A DNA stretch of 64,000 bases. It comes from an uncultured Chitinophagaceae bacterium (GTDB lineage Bacteria > Bacteroidota > Ignavibacteria > UBA10030 > UBA8401). The stretch lies in NCBI GenBank assembly GCA_964603685.1, contig CAZRWF010000006.1:677-64676 (forward strand). Direction: 5' to 3'. This document shows positions 30,401-37,713 of this stretch, piece by piece. Position numbers and translations under genes: made by a program. The notes under the pieces were generated by a model that made no database searches, was not told where the DNA came from, and worked only from the letters and a program-made list of their open reading frames with translations. Position 1 is the stretch's first letter. Each line of letters starts with the position of its first letter.

Positions 30401-33400
30401 GCTGCCGATGCCGTCGTTCCGGGAATCGTTGACCGTCGCCGTGCCGGTATTACAGCAACCGGGAGAACATACGGTTTTTATTTCCATCGACTCCGTGAAT
30501 GTGATCGATGAAATCAGCGAGACGGACAATAGTGTTTCGCTCTCGGTGATCGTAGCGACCACCGCCGTCCGGAACCTGTCCGAATACCAAACAGTGAACG
30601 GCACCACCGGCACGATTTCGTTTTTAAATCCTTCGATCGTACCGACCTCCTCGTCCTTTACCTTCACGGTAAGCGATAATCCGCAGTTTCAGAACGCGGT
30701 GACACGGCAAGTCGCCTACGATACGTTTGCGACCGCCGTGGCGATCGATCCGGAGTTCTCCGGAAAACGGATTTGGGTCAAGGCAAAACAATCCGACGCG
30801 TCGCCGGAAGGGCTGGCGTTTTCATACCGGGTCGGGAGTCCCTTGACGGCGGTGTTCGACGATAGCACGGCATTCCGCACAACGACGATGTCGGGAACCG
30901 TTTATGATCACAGCGGTGTCCGGCTCGATTCAGCGCGAACGACGTTCGGAGTGATCTCCGGGGGTTTTAATGACGGGATCACTGCCGTGATTACCCGCAA
31001 CGGACAGAATTATGTTCCGGAAAACACGCTGCGCGGGCATCACGTGGTGTTATTCGAAGCCGGATCATTCGCATTTCATTCCTACCGGCGATTCGACATT
31101 TTTGCCAGTGCATCCGTAGCAGCCCAGTATGTTTCGTTTCTCGACACGCTGAACGACCAGTATATCGTCGCGATCGGTATTGCCGATGAAGGATCGCAAA
31201 ACTTGACGGCAGAACTCCGTTCGGCGCTCAAAAATTTCGGCAGTCGTTGGATTGACAGTGTCCGATTCCGCAGCTCGTGGGGCATTATCGGCCGGAAAGG
31301 ATCATCACCCGGTTCTGTTCCGGAAATGGTATCGCATCCCTTCGGCGGAAGGATCTCGATCGATACCACGATCATTTCACCCACCACCGACGGCGTTCTG
31401 ACGACGCCGGTCTTGGGGCCGGCAGCCGAGTGGACTGTGCTCCGTGTGAACAAACAAACGCCGGCGAACAGTTTATTGTCGATCGGAGTGGTCGGAATCA
31501 CGGCGGAGGATCAACGGGACACGTTGTTCGTCCATACCGCACTCGATTCCGTCGTGTCGCTTGCTTCCGTCAATGCATCGCAATACCCGTTTCTGCAGTT
31601 GTTCGCCCGGCTGCAGTCAGGACCGGGAAATATTTCTCCCCGTGTCACCTCCCTCGGAGTACATCATCGATCGCTGGCGGAACTCGGCGTCAACAGCCAA
31701 ACAATGTCGGTATACAAAATTCTTCCGGCCGGCGAAGAAATTCTCCTCCAACCGAATGACACCGTGTTCCAGGGTGAAAAAGTGAGGATCACGTATCGTA
31801 TCGACAATGCCGGCGGTGTGACGGCCAAAAAAATACCGCTTGCCATCACCTCTCTGTGGGACAACAACGCGAAGGAACAGATCGCCGAACGGGTCATCGA
31901 TTCGATTCCGCCGGGCAAACAATTCCGAAGTTCCGCGGAATATGCGACGACGCTGGGAAGCGGTCGAAGGACGCTGCGGATGACCATTGACGGCGATTCC
32001 TCGGTCGCGGAGCGTTGGAAGGATAATAATTCGTATTCTTTTCCATTCATCGTGCGACCGCGCTCCGGAAACCCTCTTCTGCCGAACGTTTTCATTCTGA
32101 GTTCCGGCATCCGTTCCGAACCGGCGGTGATCACGGACGAGACCGATACCGCACGGTTCCATATCGCGTACGGAAATTCCGGTGCGTTAACAAACGATTC
32201 CGTTGCCATCCACATTCGGCATTTTTATCAAGGGAATCTTTCCGGCAGCTGGGTGGTGCGGAGGAAATATCCCGCAACGGCCGATACGGTATCATTGAGC
32301 ATTCCGATCGGCGCACGGGCCGGAAACCATCACCTCACGGTCGAATTGGATTATACCGGGACGATCACGGAATTTTCCGAAACGGACAATATGGCGAGTT
32401 TCTATTTTACCGTTGCGACGACGGATTTTAAGATGATGACACCCGTGGCGTTGAACGTTGCTCCCGTGACGGCGATGATATTTTTGAATCCCACCGCACC
32501 GTCGATCGGCACCGAAACGGTCCGGCTGGAATTGGATACGGTGTCCGGTTTTTCCGCTCCGTTGACGTTTACGGTTCCGTTGCGGGGATTGACGTCGGTC
32601 TTCTCCGTGCCCGGACTTCAACCGCAACAACGGTATTTTTGGAGGGTGAAAATCCTTCAACGTCCGCGCGACTGGACCTCCGGTTCCTTCTACTCCGGCG
32701 GGGCGACCACGGCGCTCGTGGGAAGCAGTGACTCTCTGTCCTGGTCCGCCGGAAGTTTCATTCGTGCGGAATACCGGCCGTCGACAGGTGCCGTGATCGT
32801 CGATTCGAAATACCGGCTTTCGACCTATTCCGCCGGAACGGCGGACGGTAACACCGGACGGATCGAACGGAACGGCAGCAACGTGATTGCTCCCGTGTTC
32901 GGCAGGGGATTTGCAATTGCGGTGTTCGATTCGACCGATCTGACCCTGTTGTCGATCCGCCGGTTCGACGTTTCTGCCGATTCGTCCCTTGCCGATTCAT
33001 TATCCGCCTATATTACCGGAATTTCTGCCGGAAATATCGTCGCAGCAGTCGTTATTGAAGACGGAGCGAACAATTTAACGGCAGCGGCGCGTAATGCGTT
33101 CCGTTCGATCGGCAGCGGAAAGATCGATCTATTATCCTACGGCGATTCATGGTCGATCATCGGAAGGAAAGGAGCGGCGCCGGGAAGCGTACCGGAAGAG
33201 TGGAAATCGAGTTCATCCGGAGCGGCGGTAGCCGATACGACGTTTCTCCGACCCGAAACGGATGCGATCATCAGCACACCTTCCTTCGGACCATTCAGCG
33301 GATTGAACATGTTGCACGTCGAACATTTGATTCCGGCAGGGGCGCACAATACCGTTCACTTTGTCGGTGAAACCGACGAGGGGACGAAGGATACATTGAT

Positions 33401-34553
33401 CACCGCCGTGGATCAGCAACAAATATCGCTGGCCCCGGTTGACGTAAAAAAATATCCGAAAGGAAGGGTGATCTTTCATTTGCAGCGTTCCACCGCGGTT
33501 CGGGCGATGCAAAGAAACTCCGCGGCATCCACGCCGTCGGTTCAGCGGTGGACCATCTCGGCACGTCCTTCGACGGAACTCGCCTTTCCGAACAACGGTG
33601 TCTCGATCGATGATGACAACGTCATGGAAGGGGAACCGCTCCGGGTACACGCTTCCATTATCAATGTCAGCTCTGTCGAAGCCGAATCGGTTCGTGTCCG
33701 GGTCAAAACCACGACCTCCGGCATCGACAACATCATTCAGGATCGCTACTTTTCCGCCCTCCCGCCGGGAGACACTGTCCGAATATCCGTGGAGATGAAT
33801 ACCCGCGGGAAAAAAGGATCGCATTCCGTTACCGTGGAGATCGATCCGGAGCGGCGTCAGTCGGAATATTCGCGCTCCAATAACGTCGTGACAATCCCCT
33901 ACACCATTGCGGGCGATTCGATCCGTCCGACGTTACTCATGACCGTTGACGGTGCTCCCTTTTTGGACGGGGAGTTTGTTGCCCGCCAACCGGAGATTCT
34001 GATCCGGTACGCGGATAATAATCCCGCGCAGCTGCTGTCCACCGATACGTCACAGTTTCGCATTGAGCTGAACCGCGAACGGGTATATTTCTCACCGGGA
34101 ACACTTGAGTTGTCCGTCTCCTCGTCACCGGGAGAGGCCACTCTCCGATGGATGCCGGTGTTGCCGGAAGGAAGGAGTGATGTGGTGATCTCCGCGGGGG
34201 ATATTTCCGGGAACGGCGCCGACACCATCGCCGTGATGATGAACGTCACATCCGATTTTTCGCTTCAAAAAGTTTTTTCGCTGCCGAATCCGTTCAGAAC
34301 AGCGACTGCATTCACCTTCGTCATCTCCGGCCCGGAAGATCCGGACGACGTGGTTGTCAAAATTTACACCGTGGCGGGGAGATTGATCAAAGAGATTACC
34401 TCTCACGGGAAAGTGGGTTTCAACAGGATCGATTGGGACGGAACGGACAACGACGGCGATGCGATCGCCAATGGGGTCTATTTCTACAAAGTGATCGTTC
34501 GATCGTCGGGAAAACAGACCGAAGGGCTTTCGAAAATCGTCAAAATGCGGTAA
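27459..34553 (+). CDS. Giant (~2,364 aa) PorU-like C25/gingipain-family protein with CARDB-like domains, two ILEI/FAM3-type lectin-like domains and a T9SS C-terminal sorting domain
   Basis: GTG 27459 (GTGA overlap with the GT4 stop) yields the signal peptide VKISLRIILFLFGCAVTLNAQ. The catalytic-type motifs are YIGHSG (His codon 29820-29822) and DFGCST (Cys codon 29913-29915). CARDB-like domain endings are ETDNSVSLSV, KDNNSYSFPF, ETDNMASFYF and RSNNVVTIPY. The CTD is LPNPFRTATAFTF...WDGTDNDGDAIANGVYFYKVIV (about 34272-34550). Confidence 0.8.
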   Translation: MKISLRIILFLFGCAVTLNAQLRLLNERLVGQRYTVEYVFHREWRGMPSAEHAASSDYPAQHLFIALPMETETPANISIVWKNGPVGGSSVPEGAVTVKGFVWIGQYRTLHIEVRPVVVSPVNGTEREIERLSLEFIVPPNRPSSIGTESRESPVIDNPTYGSQWTVRRMPESGIQHDGWIDYSSEYVKLGVAADGIYRLRYSDLQQYGVPVGTINPKALKMYLKGKEIPIRVTGEADGQFHHDDVVEFVGRRNYGDPRYREAAPYGSSYYEYLDRYSDTTIYWLRWTGADGKRIVQHSDGPAPPNDTIRHYDRLMRVERDYHWDFSLEGDEIRRNFPELLENERWGEGGFGVGSVSVSFDVTDRFPGRPARAFMKLQDYASSITTNAHKVALSINQGAVRYDSGYINKYQVKTLTAAFHSTLLQNGINTVDLHSYATASTVNSVHRDWWELEYPRYLRVLSDSLTFGYTMLESPRRAVVAVTGLTTPSVSLYKFRSSDSLVSLVSTVTVSNDTLYFADSVTNDITYFLQKESTARAPIFFTKKKFVNLRESSRSAQYLAITHPVFLSSAAQYVSFIASAYSVSTAVINVEDIYDEFFYGFFSPEPIREFLKMTHSRWQLPSPKHVVLIGKGTYDFYGNKSKYFAAPRVINFVPSWGNPVSDNWFVLWDSTEAYIPQMNIGRIPARTVEEFQSYAVKHQKYVAKGFDDWNKRYLFFSGGNFTDPNQIAQSKSVNDFIITQYVEPPPVGGRAMNFYKTNDPVTNFGPYAPDVVQSSIDNGAVFISYIGHSGTQTWDNSITDISQLANNRDRHPMISDFGCSTAKFAEPDILSFSELAVNSANGQAIAYIGNSSLGFTTTAFTFPQIFYKRLLTDSSVSLGDAHRRAKIDFIKQFGTANSHGLFIKTNTLIGDPIVRLQVPQKPNLSLAVESPSVSHLPVTDRQDSVTLVVPVYNIGTVTNDTVVVSVRTVYRGAENYARHFRLPMPSFRESLTVAVPVLQQPGEHTVFISIDSVNVIDEISETDNSVSLSVIVATTAVRNLSEYQTVNGTTGTISFLNPSIVPTSSSFTFTVSDNPQFQNAVTRQVAYDTFATAVAIDPEFSGKRIWVKAKQSDASPEGLAFSYRVGSPLTAVFDDSTAFRTTTMSGTVYDHSGVRLDSARTTFGVISGGFNDGITAVITRNGQNYVPENTLRGHHVVLFEAGSFAFHSYRRFDIFASASVAAQYVSFLDTLNDQYIVAIGIADEGSQNLTAELRSALKNFGSRWIDSVRFRSSWGIIGRKGSSPGSVPEMVSHPFGGRISIDTTIISPTTDGVLTTPVLGPAAEWTVLRVNKQTPANSLLSIGVVGITAEDQRDTLFVHTALDSVVSLASVNASQYPFLQLFARLQSGPGNISPRVTSLGVHHRSLAELGVNSQTMSVYKILPAGEEILLQPNDTVFQGEKVRITYRIDNAGGVTAKKIPLAITSLWDNNAKEQIAERVIDSIPPGKQFRSSAEYATTLGSGRRTLRMTIDGDSSVAERWKDNNSYSFPFIVRPRSGNPLLPNVFILSSGIRSEPAVITDETDTARFHIAYGNSGALTNDSVAIHIRHFYQGNLSGSWVVRRKYPATADTVSLSIPIGARAGNHHLTVELDYTGTITEFSETDNMASFYFTVATTDFKMMTPVALNVAPVTAMIFLNPTAPSIGTETVRLELDTVSGFSAPLTFTVPLRGLTSVFSVPGLQPQQRYFWRVKILQRPRDWTSGSFYSGGATTALVGSSDSLSWSAGSFIRAEYRPSTGAVIVDSKYRLSTYSAGTADGNTGRIERNGSNVIAPVFGRGFAIAVFDSTDLTLLSIRRFDVSADSSLADSLSAYITGISAGNIVAAVVIEDGANNLTAAARNAFRSIGSGKIDLLSYGDSWSIIGRKGAAPGSVPEEWKSSSSGAAVADTTFLRPETDAIISTPSFGPFSGLNMLHVEHLIPAGAHNTVHFVGETDEGTKDTLITAVDQQQISLAPVDVKKYPKGRVIFHLQRSTAVRAMQRNSAASTPSVQRWTISARPSTELAFPNNGVSIDDDNVMEGEPLRVHASIINVSSVEAESVRVRVKTTTSGIDNIIQDRYFSALPPGDTVRISVEMNTRGKKGSHSVTVEIDPERRQSEYSRSNNVVTIPYTIAGDSIRPTLLMTVDGAPFLDGEFVARQPEILIRYADNNPAQLLSTDTSQFRIELNRERVYFSPGTLELSVSSSPGEATLRWMPVLPEGRSDVVISAGDISGNGADTIAVMMNVTSDFSLQKVFSLPNPFRTATAFTFVISGPEDPDDVVVKIYTVAGRLIKEITSHGKVGFNRIDWDGTDNDGDAIANGVYFYKVIVRSSGKQTEGLSKIVKMR
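30939..31325 (+). other. ILEI/FAM3-type (GG-type lectin-like) domain 1 within the giant protein
   Basis: LRGHHVVLFEAGSFAFHSYRRFDIF...YIVAIGIADEGSQNLTAELRSALKNFGSRWIDSVRFRSSWGIIGRKGSSPGSVPE. From memory this matches the FAM3C core pattern GRGINVAL..FD....GTIVL..YDDGATKL..EAR..I..LGS..I..LGFRD.W.F.G.KG. Confidence 0.65.
32811..33200 (+). other. ILEI/FAM3-type (GG-type lectin-like) domain 2 within the giant protein
   Basis: GRGFAIAVFDSTDLTLLSIRRFDV...NIVAAVVIEDGANNLTAAARNAFRSIGSGKIDLLSYGDSWSIIGRKGAAPGSVPEE. It shares the same pattern as domain 1 and the FAM3 family. Confidence 0.7.
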
Positions 34554-34565
34554 TGCCGCGGGTTC

Positions 34566-34874
34566 TTAAAGGGGGAGGTCCGACAGTTTATATCCGACCC
34601 CTTTCAGGACGGTGATCACTTCCTTATTGTCCAACCGGCCGACTTTTTTCCGGATGTTGCTGATGTGTACGTCGATCGTCCGCGGAAAGTTCAACTCCTT
34701 TTTACCCCAAACATACTCCGCAATTTCCCGGCGTGAATGTACTTTTCCCCGCGTGCTCATCATCAAATACAGAATGCGGAATTCCGTTTTTGTCAACGTG
34801 ATCGAGACACCGTTGCGGAACACGACGTACCGTTCCGGATCGATAACCAAGTTTCCGACATGAATTGTTTCCAC
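34566..34874 (-). CDS. Standalone OmpR/PhoB-type winged-helix DNA-binding protein (no receiver domain)
   Basis: LTKTEFRILYLMMSTRGKVHSRREIAEYVWG...RTIDVHISNIRKKV...GVGYKL is a full Trans_reg_C signature. The GTG at 34874 is preceded by AAGGAG (34885-34880) at 5-nt spacing. The TTG at 34919 is the ORF-track alternative. Confidence 0.75.
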   Translation of the reverse strand: METIHVGNLVIDPERYVVFRNGVSITLTKTEFRILYLMMSTRGKVHSRREIAEYVWGKKELNFPRTIDVHISNIRKKVGRLDNKEVITVLKGVGYKLSDLPL

Positions 34875-35017
34875 AGTTTCTCCTTCTGCGTGTAAGGTAA
34901 ACAGTCCCGGTAACGCCAATGGAACCGTAATGTTAAGATTCCGTTAACAGGTTGCGCCGCGCCGGCCGGAATTGGTAACAAAATTTTCATTCATCCATTA
35001 CGCCTGCGTTGCGACGG

Positions 35018-35992
35018 ATGGATATTTTGTTGCCAAAAACAATGAAAAAACACCCCCTCCGTATCGTTCATCTTTCCGATCTCCATCTCAGTCCGAAATA
35101 TTATCCCGAACGCTCGCACCGGTTGAATAACGCTCTCCGGCAGGCGACCGCACACAAGGCCGATCATATCATCGTTTCCGGGGACATCACCAATCAGGCA
35201 TTGCCGGACGAATTTGCGGAATTCCGCCGGATTATTGCCGATCACGGCCTGTTGGACGGAAATCGGCTGACGGTGGTACCGGGGAATCATGACATCTTTG
35301 GCGGACCGTATCATGCGGAGGATGTGCTGGAATTTCCGGCGCAGTGCCAACGAACCGACTATGACCGCAAACTTTCGTTGTTCCACCGGAACACCGAAGA
35401 GTTGTTTGCCACAGCCGTTCCGTTGGATCCGCAACACCGGTATCCGTTCGTCAAAAATCTCGGTTCGACGGCGATCGTCATTGGATTAAATTCTGTTACC
35501 CGGTGGAGTCCGCTGAAAAATCCTCTCGGATCGAACGGTCTCGTGGATGATGCACAGTTCGATCTTCTGAAATCGTTCCTGCAAAGCGGAGCAGTGGAAG
35601 AGAAAAATGTCTTTATCGTGATCCATCATCACCTCCATAAGACACCGGTCACCACATCGGCGTCAAAGTTGGAGCGTTTATGGAATGCCATTGAAGATAC
35701 CACGATGAAAATGCGGAAGAAAAAACGGCTGCTCCGGCTTTTTTCGCGGTCCGGGATCGCCGGCGTATTCCACGGACATGTTCATTCCACCGAAGAATAC
35801 CGGCGACGGTCGATCCCGTGTTACAATGCCGGAGGATCGATCGTGCCGTCCCGACACCGGCCGATCTCTTTTCATCTTCTCTCCGTTTCGCCGACGGATA
35901 TAGAACGAATCTCTCTGTCGTCCGAACCGGTGCTCGAACCGGTTCGTCGAAAAAGAACGTTTGCCTCTCCATCCTTAACCACCGCAGCATAG
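35018..35992 (+). CDS. Calcineurin-like metallophosphoesterase
   Basis: LRIVHLSDLHLS, HIIVSGDITN and VVPGNHD motifs. The start is ambiguous (TTG 35009, ATG 35018 or ATG 35042). Confidence 0.85.
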   Translation: MDILLPKTMKKHPLRIVHLSDLHLSPKYYPERSHRLNNALRQATAHKADHIIVSGDITNQALPDEFAEFRRIIADHGLLDGNRLTVVPGNHDIFGGPYHAEDVLEFPAQCQRTDYDRKLSLFHRNTEELFATAVPLDPQHRYPFVKNLGSTAIVIGLNSVTRWSPLKNPLGSNGLVDDAQFDLLKSFLQSGAVEEKNVFIVIHHHLHKTPVTTSASKLERLWNAIEDTTMKMRKKKRLLRLFSRSGIAGVFHGHVHSTEEYRRRSIPCYNAGGSIVPSRHRPISFHLLSVSPTDIERISLSSEPVLEPVRRKRTFASPSLTTAA

Positions 35993-36088
35993 AAAAGCGA
36001 TCGGAAACGAACGTCGGACTATCCATACATTGCATTTTGTCACCGAGAACGGTACCTTTCCTGTATAAAACGTTGACGAAAGCGAATC

Positions 36089-36493
36089 ATGCCCCGATTT
36101 TTGATCAAAACTGAACCGAGCGAATATTCCTACGATGATCTGGAGAGGGACAAACGGACCGTCTGGAGCGGAGTTGCCGCTGCACCGGCGTTGATCCATC
36201 TCCGCGCGATGAAAAAGGGGGATCTCGCATTTGTCTACCATACCGGTGATGAACGGCGGATTGTCGGAATCGCGAAAGTCGCCGGCGACCCGTATCCTGA
36301 TCCGAAATTAAAAAATGAAAAAATGGCCGTCGTGGAAATCCAACCGGTGCGCCGGTTGAAGAATCCGGTAACGCTGACGGCGATCAAATCGGTAAAATCA
36401 TTGGCCACGATGCCGCTTGTCCGGATCGGCCGGCTTTCCGTTCAACCCGTTTCCGATAATGAATGGGAAACGATCCTCTCCATGAGTCAATAA
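36089..36493 (+). CDS. EVE-domain (PUA-like) protein
   Basis: MPRFLIKTEPSEYSYDDLERDKRTVWSGV...MKKGDLAFVYHTG is the classic EVE/thymocyte-nuclear-protein-1-like N-terminus. Confidence 0.8.
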   Translation: MPRFLIKTEPSEYSYDDLERDKRTVWSGVAAAPALIHLRAMKKGDLAFVYHTGDERRIVGIAKVAGDPYPDPKLKNEKMAVVEIQPVRRLKNPVTLTAIKSVKSLATMPLVRIGRLSVQPVSDNEWETILSMSQ

Positions 36494-36506
36494 TCCAACG
36501 AATCCT

Positions 36507-37673
36507 ATGAAACAATCTCTTTTTGTCATTTGTGTCACGCTGTTTTTTCTTGCCGGTTGTTCTCCGCAACAGCCGGAGCAGGCAACATATCCTGCAGTCA
36601 AAGAATTGCAGAAAAAATATGCTCCGGACAAACGGGTCGCTGTCTTTTCGGTGAAGACGTTCGATCGCGGCAATTCCATCGTCGTTACCGGCGAAGTCGA
36701 ACATCCGGAGGCGAAACAGGAATTGCTCGCGGCATTGGCCAACGAGAAGAAAGAAATTATTGACAGCGTCGTCGTGCTGCCGGAGGAGTCGCTCGGTGAT
36801 CGCCGGTGGGGGATCATTACCGTCAGCGTGGCGAATATGCGCAGCGAACCGAGCGAATCGGCGGAGCTCGGAACACAGGTGCTGATGGGCAACGTCGTCC
36901 GCATTCTGAAGAAAAAAGGGGGATGGGTGTTCATTCAATCGCCGGACAAATATCTCGGCTGGGCCGATCCGGATCAAATGGCGCGGGTAACGGAACAACA
37001 GGCAAAAGATTGGCAGGAATCGCGCAAAGTTTTCGTCTCCAACTATATGGGGTTCATTCAACAACAACCCGCCGCCCAATCGTTTCCGGTGTGTGATATC
37101 ACCGCCGGCGGTGTGCTGAAATATCTCGGTGCATCGGGTGAATGGGTGAAGGTGGGATTGGCCGACGGACGGTCCGGATTTATCCGGCGATCGGATGTGA
37201 TGGATTTTTCCGAGTGGGGTACACGATTGACTCCGGTGGCGGAAAACATCGAACGAACGGGAAAATATTTGCTCGGTGTGCCGTATTTGTGGGGTGGAAC
37301 CTCGACCAAAGGGGTCGATTGTTCCGGGTTTACCAAGACGGTCTTTTTATTAAACGGTCAAATGTTGAACCGCGATGCGAATCAACAGGCGGAACAAGGG
37401 GAGCCGGTGGAACCGGGGGCGCAATTCGAACATCTGAAAAAAGGGGACCTTCTCTTTTTCGGACGGAAAGCAGAGAACGGGAAATCGGAACGGATCGTCC
37501 ATGTCGGCATTTATCTCGGCAACCGGGAGTATATTCATTCTTCGGGGAAAGTCCGGCTGAACAGTTTTGATCCCGATTCGCCGATCTTTGATGAATATAA
37601 CCTGAAACGATTTGTCCGTGCCCGCCGGGTGATCGTGGCAACACCGCAGGTGGCGGAAGTCCCGGCGCCGTAA
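36507..37673 (+). CDS. NlpC/P60 (C40) cell-wall peptidase lipoprotein with SH3b-like domains
   Basis: Lipobox FFLAGC. Catalytic region GVPYLWGGTSTKGVDCSGFTKTVF ... VHVGIYLGNREYIHSSG. Confidence 0.85.
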   Translation: MKQSLFVICVTLFFLAGCSPQQPEQATYPAVKELQKKYAPDKRVAVFSVKTFDRGNSIVVTGEVEHPEAKQELLAALANEKKEIIDSVVVLPEESLGDRRWGIITVSVANMRSEPSESAELGTQVLMGNVVRILKKKGGWVFIQSPDKYLGWADPDQMARVTEQQAKDWQESRKVFVSNYMGFIQQQPAAQSFPVCDITAGGVLKYLGASGEWVKVGLADGRSGFIRRSDVMDFSEWGTRLTPVAENIERTGKYLLGVPYLWGGTSTKGVDCSGFTKTVFLLNGQMLNRDANQQAEQGEPVEPGAQFEHLKKGDLLFFGRKAENGKSERIVHVGIYLGNREYIHSSGKVRLNSFDPDSPIFDEYNLKRFVRARRVIVATPQVAEVPAP

Positions 37674-37713
37674 CTCCGTCCGCCGTTCGTGAAAACATTT
37701 TCCCGTACTCTCC

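Noticed and set aside
30220-33905. The duplicated modules in the giant gene, read as the template and variable repeats of a diversity-generating retroelement.
   Set aside because: No reverse transcriptase gene is nearby. The two copies are highly diverged at the nucleotide level across all base types, not just at adenines.
34793-34990. A 65-aa minus-strand ORF starting MKILL..., read as a possible remnant of a response-regulator receiver domain upstream of the orphan winged helix.
   Set aside because: Beyond the first five residues nothing resembles a REC domain; there is no DD, no T/S and no K pattern. The frame differs from the winged-helix CDS. Only about 70 nt separate the two, so the evidence for a deletion scar is a five-residue coincidence.
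36089-36493. The EVE-domain protein as part of a modified-base-sensing defence or restriction module.
   Set aside because: It is a stand-alone 134-aa EVE domain. It has no fused or adjacent nuclease, methyltransferase or helicase. The neighbours (a phosphoesterase and an NlpC/P60 lipoprotein) are functionally unrelated.
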